From NCBI GenBank assembly GCA_947380295.1, contig CANCQK010000008.1, forward strand, positions 67,479 to 131,478: DNA of 64,000 bases. The letters run 5' to 3'. The translations under genes and the position numbers were made by a program. The notes under the pieces were generated by a model, which saw nothing but the letters and a program-made list of their open reading frames with translations, searched no databases and was not told the origin of the DNA. This document shows positions 8,539-17,830 of this stretch, in pieces (the first letter of the stretch is position 1; every line of letters starts with the position of its first letter). The stretch comes from Bdellovibrionales bacterium (GTDB taxonomy: Bacteria; Bdellovibrionota; UBA1018).

Positions 8539-8946
8539 ATGAAGATCAATCGGATGGGATTGCTGGTCATTTTGGGGTTGCTGAGTCCTATTTTGGTGGC
8601 TCAAGTCCTGGCGAATCGATCCAAGAATAGCGGGACTCAAAGTGTGCCGCCCCGCGTTGAGTCAGGTGAGAGGTCAGTCGCCAGCATTTCAATGCTTGGA
8701 AAAGGTCAGGGCGCCTATTTAAAGCCCGGCGAGCAAATTGAATATACGTTTCATTCGGTACTGGGCCTCACTGAAGCCGAACACCGTCTTTATCATCCCA
8801 GCGGGCTAAAATTTGGCAAAATGAGAGTTTTGGATGAGGCTCCAGCTTCTGTTTATGACCCGCAACGCTTGCCCTCGAGCATTCGGGAAAATAGCTGGTA
8901 CATGCCGACCACGCTCGAGCTTTTTAGATTTCCAAAGGCGGACTAA
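8539..8946 (+). CDS. Hypothetical secreted protein.
   Basis: 135 aa with an N-terminal signal peptide (MKINRMGLLVILGLLSPILVAQVLA). No recognisable domain. Confidence 0.45.
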   Translation: MKINRMGLLVILGLLSPILVAQVLANRSKNSGTQSVPPRVESGERSVASISMLGKGQGAYLKPGEQIEYTFHSVLGLTEAEHRLYHPSGLKFGKMRVLDEAPASVYDPQRLPSSIRENSWYMPTTLELFRFPKAD

Positions 8947-8950
8947 AAAA

Positions 8951-8985
8951 AAGGGCCCTTGACTCGCTAAAAGTCAAAAGCCCTT
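8951..8985. terminator. Putative bidirectional rho-independent terminator between convergent genes.
   Basis: AAGGGCCCTTGACT-cgctaa-AGTCAAAAGCCCTT forms an imperfect 14-bp stem with two central mismatches. It is preceded by an A-run and followed by a T-rich stretch. Confidence 0.4.
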
Positions 8986-9010
8986 TCATTGATATCGAAT
9001 TGAGATCAGT

Positions 9011-9949
9011 TTATGCGCGCGCAGCGGTCCACAGGTCGCAGAACGACTTGTAGTTTTGTGCGATTTGCTGGATGGCTTGTTCGCGAGTGCGAGTACCGTC
9101 CTTCACGCTCTTGAGGGGTTCCCAGAAAATCGTACGGCCTACTGCAAAGCCGATGACTCCTGGTACTTTAGCAGCGGTGCTTAACCAGTGTCTGACTTTT
9201 TCAGCGTTTTCGCCGCGGCCGAGCAAGATGATGCCCACATGGGAGCGTCCGCCGGTTCTGGCTTGTGCGACTACTTTTTTCCAGTCTTCGATATTTTCGA
9301 TTCCTTCGAGCTTCCAAACGTCGGCTTCAACGCCATGGTTTTGGAGTTGCATCATGGATTCGACCATGAGTTGAGGGCGCAGTTCGTGGTCGTAGCGAGC
9401 GGTGCTGCCGTCAACCGACTTGAGCTGTTCTGCGGTCGCTGGGACCAGGAGTTCGAACATATATTTGATTTGGTTCGAGTGGCAAAAGTCTGAGAGTTTC
9501 TTCAAGCGCTCAGCCTGGCGTTGATTGCCAGTGTGATCGCCCTGTGGGTTGTAGCGAACCAAAACTTTGACAAAAGTTGGGCTGAATTTTTTGATATGAG
9601 CACCAAACTCAGCGCCATATTCAAAATCGAACTCGTCTTGGCCTGACTTTTCGGCAGGGCAGGCGGTCATGTAGCCGTTTGCTTTGCAGTCCAACAAAAC
9701 TTCAGATCCAAATTGTTCGTCGGCTAGAATGCCAGCTTTTTCAGTGGGTACGCCAGCTTTGAGGGCGACTTTGAAGCCTTCGTAGATCATCTGTTTGTAG
9801 CTAGCAATTTCACGTGTTTCTTCGGCGGTGGGGGTTCTGCCTTTGATCCCAAAAAGCTTCTCTTGGAAGGAGCCTCGATGGTCAAATGGCATGATGTAGA
9901 GGTCACGAGTGAAACCAAGGTCTTTTGGAAGTTGAGTTGAGTTGGACAT
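9011..9949 (-). CDS. LacD/DUF2090-family class I aldolase (tagatose-1,6-bisphosphate aldolase-like).
   Basis: 312 aa. LacD-like blocks are present: IMPFDHRG (compare ALAFDQRG), DVWKLEGIE, and GFAVGRTIFW (compare GVLCGRATW). Confidence 0.5.
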   Translation of the reverse strand: MSNSTQLPKDLGFTRDLYIMPFDHRGSFQEKLFGIKGRTPTAEETREIASYKQMIYEGFKVALKAGVPTEKAGILADEQFGSEVLLDCKANGYMTACPAEKSGQDEFDFEYGAEFGAHIKKFSPTFVKVLVRYNPQGDHTGNQRQAERLKKLSDFCHSNQIKYMFELLVPATAEQLKSVDGSTARYDHELRPQLMVESMMQLQNHGVEADVWKLEGIENIEDWKKVVAQARTGGRSHVGIILLGRGENAEKVRHWLSTAAKVPGVIGFAVGRTIFWEPLKSVKDGTRTREQAIQQIAQNYKSFCDLWTAARA

Positions 9950-10039
9950 AATTTAAAGCTCCTTTTTGTCCCCTTGAAATATAAATTCGCGGCGAGAGTG
10001 TCAATTTTTATTTGGAGCGCCGGATTCGGCTCTGGTAAG

Positions 10040-11380
10040 GTTTCGAGCATGATTTCAGTACATCCACCGTCTGGTTTCCGAGATTTCTTGAACCAAGAGG
10101 CAAAACGCCGTCTTTTTCTGATGAATCAGATTTCCTCTGTCTATCAATCGTTCGGTTTTCTCCCTTTGGAGACGCCAGTGGTGGAAAACCTCGATCTTCT
10201 GCTTGGCGGAGGCGGAGGAGAGGAAAATGAGAAGCTGATCTTCAAAGTTTTAAAGCGCGGCGATAAACTCGCCGAAGCTTTGCCATCAGGGGATGAGAAC
10301 CGAATCGCAGAGTTTGGATTGCGGTTTGATTTGACTCTACCTCTCTCGCGCGTCGTGGCGCTCCATCGCGGAAAAATTCAACTCCCTTGGAAGGTCTTCC
10401 ACATGGGTCCAGTTTGGCGCGCTGAGCGCCCACAGAAGGGCCGGTACCGAGAGTTTATTCAATGCGACGTCGACATCATCGGTGCCAAGGGGATTGGTGC
10501 AGAGGTCGAAGTGATTCAGGCGGCAGCCTATGCGTTGCAGTCGGTAGGTGCGTCTGGCTTTGAGCTGCGATTGAATGATCGCCGATTGATTCAAGCCATG
10601 GCCGAGAAGTTTGGGTTCACGGGGTCTAAGGTCGATCAGTTTGCTGTCATCATGGACAAGAAGGATAAGGTCGAGATTCCTGTTTTGATGGAACAACTCG
10701 CTCAGGTTCTGGGCCATGAGTTACCTTCAGGTGTGCAAGCAGTGCTCGAAGGGCAGATGTCCCTCGATCAAGCGCCCGAGTTTCACGCCCAGGCAGGTCA
10801 CGATCTGCAAACTTTAGTTTCTACTCTACAAGCCCTGAAGTTGCCTCTGACTCGAATTGTTTTTGATCCATCTCTGGTGCGCGGGATGGGGTACTATACG
10901 GGCCCGGTTTTTGAGCTTCGTCATTCCTCTGCGGGTTATTCGTTCGGGGGCGGAGGTCGATATGACCGCCTCATTGGTCGGTGGAGCGGGCAGGAGATCC
11001 CGGCATGTGGGATCAGTATCGGTTTTGAGCGGCTAGTTTTGTTGCTTGCAGAGTTGGAAGCTCAGGCTCAGTCTGATTCATCAGTCTTGTTTTTCCCTGT
11101 TTTCGATGAGTCGCTGAGAGCTCCAGTTTGTTCTTTGGCGTCGGAGTTGCGGGCATTGGGAGTTTGTGTCGATGTCTATCCGGATGCAGCGAAGATCAAG
11201 AATCAGTTTAAATTTGCATCAGAGCAGGGCTATCGATGGGTTTTGATTGCAGGCGAAACTGAGTGGGCCAGTCGAGTTTTCAAGGTGAAAGATTTCAAGA
11301 CCGGTGAGGAAGTTGCAGTCTCAGCAGAGACTCTGAAAGATCATATCTTTAAGGTTTTGAGCCAGTCGAAAAAGTCTTGA
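10040..11380 (+). CDS. hisS: Histidine--tRNA ligase.
   Basis: Class II aaRS motifs: GFRDFLNQEAKRR, RYREFIQCDVDIIG, and a GGGRYD motif 3 block. The start is trimmed to the in-frame ATG at 10040 (MISVHPPSGFRDF); the longer ORF from 9974 is probably 5' over-extension. Confidence 0.9.
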   Translation, partial: VSSMISVHPPSGFRDFLNQEAKRRLFLMNQISSVYQSFGFLPLETPVVENLDLLLGGGGGEENEKLIFKVLKRGDKLAEALPSGDENRIAEFGLRFDLTLPLSRVVALHRGKIQLPWKVFHMGPVWRAERPQKGRYREFIQCDVDIIGAKGIGAEVEVIQAAAYALQSVGASGFELRLNDRRLIQAMAEKFGFTGSKVDQFAVIMDKKDKVEIPVLMEQLAQVLGHELPSGVQAVLEGQMSLDQAPEFHAQAGHDLQTLVSTLQALKLPLTRIVFDPSLVRGMGYYTGPVFELRHSSAGYSFGGGGRYDRLIGRWSGQEIPACGISIGFERLVLLLAELEAQAQSDSSVLFFPVFDESLRAPVCSLASELRALGVCVDVYPDAAKIKNQFKFASEQGYRWVLIAGETEWASRVFKVKDFKTGEEVAVSAETLKDHIFKVLSQSKKS

Positions 11381-12081
11381 GTGGATTCGCCAATCCAACA
11401 AGGTTGGAGGTGGGGGAGCCCCGGAACTGGGGTTTCCACCTCATGGCGCTCAAAGCTGGTCAGAACGGCGGCAGCTGGGATTTCGGCTCTGAGTGCGGCT
11501 TCGAGTCCCGTGGGTGAATCTTCAATCGCAACGCAGCTGTCAATACTCACTCCGAGAGATGCTGCCCCCATCAGGTAGGGTAGGGGATCCGGCTTACGTG
11601 CTCGGGCGTCATCTCGCGAGATGATCTCATCAAAAAAAGGAGTCAGCTTGAGATGTTCCATGGTTTTTCGGAGTTCGTTCCGTCGAGCATTGGACACGAC
11701 GGCTGTTCGGACTCCGTTTTGCCTCAACCATTCCAAGCCTTCGTACACGCCCGGAAAAGTGGATAGCTGTGTTTCCATGGAGGCGATATAAAATTCGTTT
11801 TTTCGATCTGCGAGTTTGAGAAGTTCGTCTTGGCTTGGGTTGTGTTCTGGGCGATGAGTGAGAAAAATCTGCCGCATGATTTCTGGTGCAGTTTTTCCGA
11901 TCATCCCTTGAATGAGTTCTAAATTTCTTGGGAGATGAAGTTCATCCAAAAGTTGCATCCAGGCTGATAAATGGATAGGTTCACTCGCAACTAAAACGCC
12001 ATCAAAGTCAAAGAGGACTGCACGGGGACGTGAAGTAACTCGGGCTGAGTAAAAATTTGGACGAGTTTGATGAGGAGTCAT
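11341..12081 (-). CDS. HAD-IA family hydrolase (beta-phosphoglucomutase / phosphatase-like).
   Basis: Motif I is AVLFDFDGVLV. HAD motif II/III regions and a C-terminal DD-x-x-x-x-K region are present. The 3' end overlaps the hisS 3' end convergently by about 40 nt. Confidence 0.7.
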   Translation of the reverse strand: MTPHQTRPNFYSARVTSRPRAVLFDFDGVLVASEPIHLSAWMQLLDELHLPRNLELIQGMIGKTAPEIMRQIFLTHRPEHNPSQDELLKLADRKNEFYIASMETQLSTFPGVYEGLEWLRQNGVRTAVVSNARRNELRKTMEHLKLTPFFDEIISRDDARARKPDPLPYLMGAASLGVSIDSCVAIEDSPTGLEAALRAEIPAAAVLTSFERHEVETPVPGLPHLQPCWIGESTQDFFDWLKTLKI

Positions 12082-12528
12082 ATGAGTATTTCTGAGGACA
12101 ATAAACTAAATTCAATTAAAATTCTACGAATTTCGTCGCAGGCTACTTTGCCGACTCGAGCCCATCCGGATGATGCGGGCTTAGATCTCTACAATTTAGA
12201 AGATGTTCTCCTCGAGGGGGGGCAAGGGAAAGTTGTGAAGACCGGGATTGCTCTTGCGATTCCTACTGGGCACGTCGGGATGGTTGCCGATCGATCGTCG
12301 CTCGCGAAAAAAGGAATTAAGTCAGCAGGTGGAATCATTGATGCTGGCTACCGCGGTGAAGTTCATATTGTTTTGTGGAATTTGTCTAAAGAGGCGGTTC
12401 AACTCAAGTCGGGTGAGCGGATTGCTCAACTTTTGATTTTGCCCATCGCAACCCCTGCTGTTCAGGAGGTCCAGACTTTGGATGAAACTCAGCGGGGCAA
12501 GAATGGATTTGGAAGTACCGGCCGCTAA
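12082..12528 (+). CDS. dut: dUTP diphosphatase.
   Basis: Conserved dUTPase motifs are AGLDL, IPTGHVGMVADRSS, GIIDAGYRGE and the C-terminal RGKNGFGSTG. A GAGGAG Shine-Dalgarno sequence sits 4-9 nt upstream of the ATG at 12082. The longer ORF from 12067 is over-extended. Confidence 0.85.
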   Translation: MSISEDNKLNSIKILRISSQATLPTRAHPDDAGLDLYNLEDVLLEGGQGKVVKTGIALAIPTGHVGMVADRSSLAKKGIKSAGGIIDAGYRGEVHIVLWNLSKEAVQLKSGERIAQLLILPIATPAVQEVQTLDETQRGKNGFGSTGR

Positions 12529-12546
12529 TTTGAGTAGCTGAAGATG

Positions 12547-12604
12547 TGGCCCGGAGGGCGAACCTGTTAAACCTCCGGGCCACGTTGCGGAACCCTGTTC
12601 CGCT
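12547..12604. terminator. Two tandem hairpins between the convergent dut and ferritin-like genes.
   Basis: H1 is GTGGCCCGGAGG-(14 nt)-CCTCCGGGCCAC, a perfect 12-bp stem at 12547..12584. H2 is GCGGAAC-cct-GTTCCGC at 12588..12604, followed by TTCTGG. Confidence 0.5.
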
Positions 12605-12621
12605 TCTGGATCTTATTGCAA

Positions 12622-13167
12622 TCAGCGAGCCACAAAGAACTTTTGGGCAAGCTGAATGTGGGCGACTTCTTCTTCTGCAATTTTTCCGAAGATTTGCGCA
12701 CTGACCGGGTCAGTAGCTAGCAAAGCTTCGTGAAATCGGACACCTGCCTTGCGACCTCGCTCTTCAGCACTTGCCATGTAAAGCGCAAAATCTCGTGCAG
12801 AAGGACAGGTGGTGAGCGAAAGCCAGAGCTGATCCGAGACGCGGCGCCCGTGGATTTCGAGCTTGAGCTCTGCCATTCGATTGAGGAGCCAGTTCATGTG
12901 TTTGTTTTCTTCTGCTGCGAGGTCGACCCAGGCTTTTTTGAGTTCGGGAGCGGCATCTTCATAGTGTTCTGCTGCCCAAAGAAATGCATCGCGAGCTTGG
13001 ATTTCTGCGAACGCGGCGGATCGAAGTCGGTCTCCCACTCCTTCGATTGTGGTGAGAGCACGAGGGATGTCCCCCTTTTCGCCGCTGGGTGCCACACAAA
13101 AAGGCTCCCAACTGGGGTGCGATGCAGGGCTTTGCAGTCTAGATTGAGTTGAAATCTCTAACGTCAT
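12622..13167 (-). CDS. Ferritin-like diiron-carboxylate domain protein (function unknown).
   Basis: Two E-x-x-H motifs (AAEENKHMNW and AEEEVAHIQ) sit in helical context. The start is set at ATG 13167, which forms an ATGA overlap with the upstream EVE gene stop. The longer ORF from 13188 is an alternative. Confidence 0.45.
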   Translation of the reverse strand: MTLEISTQSRLQSPASHPSWEPFCVAPSGEKGDIPRALTTIEGVGDRLRSAAFAEIQARDAFLWAAEHYEDAAPELKKAWVDLAAEENKHMNWLLNRMAELKLEIHGRRVSDQLWLSLTTCPSARDFALYMASAEERGRKAGVRFHEALLATDPVSAQIFGKIAEEEVAHIQLAQKFFVAR

Positions 13168-13583
13168 TTTTGGTCTCCAAGGTGACAAATCAGCTCAAAG
13201 TGAGGCTGGCTCACCGGCATGACAGAGAGTCGTGATTGCTTAATGAGCACAAGGTCTTTTAAGCGAGGATGACTTTTCAATTCGGACAGAGGGATTGAGC
13301 GCGCAAAAGCACGGACGGGTGCGAGGTCGATCTGAACCCAATCACCAGGTTTTTCTGGATCTGGGTCAGCGTAGTGGGCACGAATGACCTCCGCTAACCC
13401 AATCACGGCTTTGTCGTCGCCGCTGTGGTAAATGAGGGCCTGGTCACCGACCTGCGCTTGCTTCAGGTAGTTTCTGGCCTGAAAATTACGCACTCCATTC
13501 CAATTGGTTTTTTTATCCTGAATGAGCTGGGAAAAGTGATAGGTGTGGGGCTCAGTTTTTAATAGCCAATAAGAGTGTACCAT
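13164..13583 (-). CDS. EVE (PUA-like) domain protein.
   Basis: The N-terminus MVHSYWLLKTEPHTYHFSQL...NGVRNFQARNYLKQAQVGDQALIYHS is typical of the EVE / thymocyte-nuclear-protein-like fold. The start is trimmed to the internal ATG at 13583; the 13706 start would give an atypical 41-aa basic leader. Confidence 0.6.
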   Translation of the reverse strand: MVHSYWLLKTEPHTYHFSQLIQDKKTNWNGVRNFQARNYLKQAQVGDQALIYHSGDDKAVIGLAEVIRAHYADPDPEKPGDWVQIDLAPVRAFARSIPLSELKSHPRLKDLVLIKQSRLSVMPVSQPHFELICHLGDQK

Positions 13584-14532
13584 GGAGTCGTTTTCGCATA
13601 AGATGCCGCCCATGGCAAATTTCGGAATTCTTTTCTTATGCTTGATTGCAGGGGTCTTGCTTCGTCGTAGCCCCAAGTTTCCCAAAGAAACGCCCGGCGT
13701 TCTCAATCAATTTATCTTACATATCTCGTTGCCGGCCATGATGATTTATCAGTTTCACCGGGTTTCTTTTAGTTCCTCTGCCATTTTTCCGATTTTGATG
13801 CCGTGGCTCCTATTTTTATTGAGCTACTGTTTTTTTAGGGTGATGGGCCAGGCCTTCCATTTGACTCGCAAACAACTGGGAGTGTTGATTTTGACTGGAG
13901 GGTTGTCAAACACCTCTTTTGTCGGATTCCCTTTGCTCGAGGCTCTCCTTGGACCGGATTCGATCTCAGTGGGGGTGTTGTCGGACCAACTAGGATCTGT
14001 GTTGATTTTACCCACTTTGGGTCTCCTGGTGGGCTCCCAGTTTGCGGGGCGTTCGTTTTCCTGGAGCCATTTCTTTCAAAAAATTTCGAGCTTTCCGCCG
14101 TTTTACGCGCTGATCGCAAGTCTGCTTCTCCGGGGGGTTTCGTTTCACCCGGCTGTCGATGAAATGCTGTCCCGGTTAGCGGGCACGATCACGCCCCTTG
14201 CCTTAGTTGCTGTTGGATATCAGCTCAACTTCTCCCCTTCGGTGATTCAGCGTTATCGGTCCAAACTCATTTTGGGCCTGGGTTTTAAACTCCTCTTGGC
14301 GCCAGTTCTTTTTTGGGGCGGGGCCTTGATTTGGTACGGATCGGTTGCCAGAGAAACTCAAATCACTCTGCTTCAGTCATCCATGGCACCTATGATCAGT
14401 GCTGGCATTCTGGCGGTCGAGTTTGGGTTTGATGAAGAACTCGCAGGCCTGATGGTCGGTGGTGGAATTACGCTGTCACTTCTGACTGTGCCGGCGCTGA
14501 ATTGGTTTTTGTTTTCTTGGATTCTTGGATGA
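13582..14532 (+). CDS. AEC-family (auxin efflux carrier / malate permease-like) membrane transporter.
   Basis: About 10 TM segments with the family blocks LHISLPAMMIYQF and LGPDSISVGVLSDQLGSVLILP. The true start may be the downstream in-frame ATG near 13612 (MANFGILFLCLIAG). Confidence 0.7.
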   Translation: MESFSHKMPPMANFGILFLCLIAGVLLRRSPKFPKETPGVLNQFILHISLPAMMIYQFHRVSFSSSAIFPILMPWLLFLLSYCFFRVMGQAFHLTRKQLGVLILTGGLSNTSFVGFPLLEALLGPDSISVGVLSDQLGSVLILPTLGLLVGSQFAGRSFSWSHFFQKISSFPPFYALIASLLLRGVSFHPAVDEMLSRLAGTITPLALVAVGYQLNFSPSVIQRYRSKLILGLGFKLLLAPVLFWGGALIWYGSVARETQITLLQSSMAPMISAGILAVEFGFDEELAGLMVGGGITLSLLTVPALNWFLFSWILG

Positions 14533-15733
14533 GCTGAGCTCCCAAAAACAAAAGCGCGGCGTAAATTGAGCAGGAAATGAGATACGGGATTTCCGGCGCA
14601 ATCGTAAAAGTCATGAGTCCGCAGAATGGGCCCAGCGCTCGAGCCAGGCTTCCGAGTCCTTGGGAGACTCCGAGCGTGCTACCCTGCTCCTGCGCGCTGG
14701 CTGCTTTTGAAATGAGCGAAGATAAACTCGGGTTGATCAAGCTACTCCCGATCGCCATGGGGAGTACAATCAGGAAATAAAGAGGGTAGCTGGGGCTCCA
14801 AGGGAAAATAGCCATCACGACGGAGCTGATTCCTAAGCCGATGAGTAAGAGTTGGCGCTCGCCGAAACGATCTACCAGCTTGCGGATGAGTCCGCCTTGG
14901 ATCATCGCTCCGACGAGTCCGGCAACCATGAGCACTAAGCCAGTGCGATAGCCCGCTTCGCCGGTTTCAAATCCAAACTTGGTTTGAAAAAGCAGCGAGA
15001 AAGTCTGTTCCATCGTGGAAAACGCAAAGGTCACAGCGAAAAATGTGAAAAACAAAATTCGACGGTCAGCGTCTTGAAAGGCGTGGGCGAGCTGGCGGAG
15101 GTTCGACCATCCACGGTTCTTTGGGGCGGCGTCCGAGTTTTCACGACGCTGCTGTCTGAGCTCGATCGGATAACTTTCAGGAAGTCTGAACACTGCAAGA
15201 AGCGCATTGAGTCCACAAATCACTGCTGCGATTAAGCCAGGGGCTGCTAATCCGAGTTGAGCCGAGGCTATGCCGCCGAGAGGCGGGCCGAGGGTAAAAC
15301 CAATTCCAAAAGCGGCCCCTAATAAACCCATTCCCTTGGCTCTATCCTGGGGCGTGGTGACGTCAGCAATGTAGGCTTGGGCAGTTGAAATATTAGCCGC
15401 ACAAATACCTCCCAAGGCGCGGGAGAGCACGAGCCAACCGTAGCTGGGCGCGAGGGCAAATGCGAGGTAAGAGAGGGTCGAGCCGGCTAAGGAAAAAAGT
15501 AAAACGGGACGGCGACCCACTCGGTCCGAGAGAGCTCCCCAAATCGGCGCAAAGAAAAACTGCATGAGTGAGTAGATGCCGCCTAAAACGGAGAGCTGAA
15601 TGCCAGAGGCTCCATAATGCCGCCCATAAAGACCGATGAGCGGGATGACCATCCCAAATCCAATCAAATCAACCAGCACGGTCGTAAAAATCACAAAGAG
15701 CGGCGAAGAGGAGGTCTTAGGCTTGGCGTTCAT
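14468..15733 (-). CDS. MFS efflux transporter of the TetA/TCR-like family.
   Basis: Strong match to the TetA-type N-terminus (VLVDLIGFGMVIPLIGLYGRHY...YSLMQFFFAPIWGALSDRVGRRPVLLFSLAGS), with 12 TM segments. Confidence 0.8.
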   Translation of the reverse strand: MNAKPKTSSSPLFVIFTTVLVDLIGFGMVIPLIGLYGRHYGASGIQLSVLGGIYSLMQFFFAPIWGALSDRVGRRPVLLFSLAGSTLSYLAFALAPSYGWLVLSRALGGICAANISTAQAYIADVTTPQDRAKGMGLLGAAFGIGFTLGPPLGGIASAQLGLAAPGLIAAVICGLNALLAVFRLPESYPIELRQQRRENSDAAPKNRGWSNLRQLAHAFQDADRRILFFTFFAVTFAFSTMEQTFSLLFQTKFGFETGEAGYRTGLVLMVAGLVGAMIQGGLIRKLVDRFGERQLLLIGLGISSVVMAIFPWSPSYPLYFLIVLPMAIGSSLINPSLSSLISKAASAQEQGSTLGVSQGLGSLARALGPFCGLMTFTIAPEIPYLISCSIYAALLFLGAQLIQESKKTKTNSAPAQSEVTA

Positions 15734-15793
15734 AGGCGTGTACTCTAATGGCTCTGGCCCTGAAAGACAAGAGGAGCGGCGAAGATCGATGGT

Positions 15794-16846
15794 CTAGTTC
15801 CAAACGCAAGAGGCCGTCCCGTTTCGAGCACTCAGCCATTTGGACGCTTCAGCTCCTCCGACGGCTAATATGCCTTGGCAAACACACAGCCCATGATTTG
15901 CGGTGAGTACGACCACGCCGTCTGAATCCTTGTTGCATGGTGGGGCAGAGGCTGGTGGGGTATTAGCACCCGTTCCTGCAGCCAGGTGGGTTAGAATGAC
16001 AAAGCCACTGCTCACTTGCATCGGCCCGTTCACTTCTAGGGCGGCTCCAGGCCATCGGTTGGGGTCGTTAAAGCTTGGTGTTTTTCCCTGGAGTGGCCGA
16101 TTGACCGGTTCTGGGTTGCGCCCGATTCCTACACGACCATCGTCAGTGACGGTGAGTAATTTCGTGCCGTCGGCATTTTCGATCAGGAGTGCCGCACTGA
16201 TGTCCGAACCAGCTGCGCCCGCATCAGGGCCTCGAATGAGCAACTGACTGTTGAGATCGGGTCTGGGTCCGGCAGCAGGAATCCCCAGGGCTAGGCTCCC
16301 TCCTTTGGTGTCGCTCCCGATAGAGACCTGAGAAGTGGAGTAGGGACTAAATCGCAGTTGTCCTGTGATTTTGGCCTCACCTCTGTTGATCGCATCTCCA
16401 ATTTCGAGATTAGCGAAGTTGGGGGTTGAGGTGATTACAGTCTGGGTTGAATTGATTCGAGTCGTCTGAGTTCCATCTGATTTTCCGAGCTGTATCGTCC
16501 CTGAGTTGTTGATTGTGAAAAGTGGATTTGCGCTGGAGTCATCGACTTGCATGACCACCGGAGATCCCGCTACGCCAGAGATGTTGAGTTGTGCCGGGAG
16601 TGAGGTGGTGAAAAACCCAGTTTTTCCTGGTGTTCCTCGGGAGACAGTCAGGGCATTTCTTCCTACGATGACAGGCTCGGGCAGATTACTGAAACTGAAA
16701 CCAGCAGCGAGACTCAAAGTGCAACTGTTGGGAGGATCAGCATGGACGGGTTCAAGGAGGATCAAGGCAGCCAAAATCCAGATGCATAGACCGAAGGTGA
16801 GTTGAAGTGTACCGGCATTTTTTCTGCATTTTAGATCAGTCTTCAT
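15794..16846 (-). CDS. Secreted Ser/Thr/Gly-rich fibre-like protein, paralog 1, with a C-terminal Cys motif.
   Basis: Signal peptide. The low-complexity body suggests a beta-rich fibre. The C-terminus reads LCVCQGILAVGG...ASCVWN*, and the same motif occurs in the next two genes. The start is set at the internal ATG (MKTDLKCRK...) 5 nt after the upstream paralog's stop. Confidence 0.5.
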   Translation of the reverse strand: MKTDLKCRKNAGTLQLTFGLCIWILAALILLEPVHADPPNSCTLSLAAGFSFSNLPEPVIVGRNALTVSRGTPGKTGFFTTSLPAQLNISGVAGSPVVMQVDDSSANPLFTINNSGTIQLGKSDGTQTTRINSTQTVITSTPNFANLEIGDAINRGEAKITGQLRFSPYSTSQVSIGSDTKGGSLALGIPAAGPRPDLNSQLLIRGPDAGAAGSDISAALLIENADGTKLLTVTDDGRVGIGRNPEPVNRPLQGKTPSFNDPNRWPGAALEVNGPMQVSSGFVILTHLAAGTGANTPPASAPPCNKDSDGVVVLTANHGLCVCQGILAVGGAEASKWLSARNGTASCVWN

Positions 16847-16851
16847 GGTGT

Positions 16852-17769
16852 TCAGCTCCAAACACAGGCAGTGGCGTCAAGGCCGTTGATCCAGTTTGTT
16901 CCGTTGCAAGTGCAAATCACGTAAAGCGAGGTCAGAGCCAGAGCGCCTGTGTTGCTGGAGTCACACTGAAATGGAGCTGATAACAGGGGCTTAAAGCGGA
17001 TGGAGGTGGAAGAACCCTGGATTTTTACGGTTCCACCGACGTCAAAGACGACGCTTGGATTTGTGGGCTGATCTTGGTTCAGACCAACCCAGCCGCCAGT
17101 TGAATTGGTTTTCACATTGAGCAGAGTCCCTGTGCCACCATTTTTATGAATGGTCATGACTGAGGATGGGCCAGTGTTATAAAAGGAGTCAGTAGCGGTT
17201 CCCTTGACCGAAAAAGTGGGTGTGAGTCGAGAGGAATCGGTCGTTGATGGTGGCGAGCCGACTTGCATTCCAACTGGTAGAACGACGGTAGGCACGTTAG
17301 GCAAAGTTGGGTTTGTGTTGATTGAGAGATTGCCATCGATTTGAGTTGTGCCGCTGCTAACAGTCAGCGATTGGTGGAGAGTCAGTGTGCTTGCGTTGAT
17401 GGTGAAGGGTCTGGTGGAATTTTGCGTTCCAATTTGGATGCTACCGTCTGTATTTACGTTAAAAAGGATGTGGGAATCTGCATTTTTAACTTGGAATGGG
17501 GGGGGCCCTGCACTTCCTTTGATATGGACCTGAGCGCTGGGGGATGAAGTGCCGATCCCGATTTTTTGATCGGCTGAAATCATAAAGTCCGGGTTACTCG
17601 CATCTCCGATCCAGAACGAGTCTGAGGGGATTAACGTCGCTGACATCACGCAGCTGTCAGTTGCGGTTGCGAAAGCTGAACCCGGCACGAGCAGGGCTAT
17701 CATGCTGAGTCGTGCAAGAGTATCTAATACTTGGATTCGAATTGTGAATCTCATCCGCGGAAACCCCAT
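16852..17769 (-). CDS. Secreted Ser/Thr/Gly-rich fibre-like protein, paralog 2.
   Basis: Signal peptide (RLSMIALLVPGSAFA). C-terminus is ...LYVICTCNGTNWINGLDATACVWS*. Confidence 0.5.
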   Translation of the reverse strand: MGFPRMRFTIRIQVLDTLARLSMIALLVPGSAFATATDSCVMSATLIPSDSFWIGDASNPDFMISADQKIGIGTSSPSAQVHIKGSAGPPPFQVKNADSHILFNVNTDGSIQIGTQNSTRPFTINASTLTLHQSLTVSSGTTQIDGNLSINTNPTLPNVPTVVLPVGMQVGSPPSTTDSSRLTPTFSVKGTATDSFYNTGPSSVMTIHKNGGTGTLLNVKTNSTGGWVGLNQDQPTNPSVVFDVGGTVKIQGSSTSIRFKPLLSAPFQCDSSNTGALALTSLYVICTCNGTNWINGLDATACVWS

Positions 17770-17830
17770 AGTCTCATTCTAGTATAAAAAAAATAAGTGG
17801 TGCAGTGTGTCTCGCTCGACCTCGGGGGGT

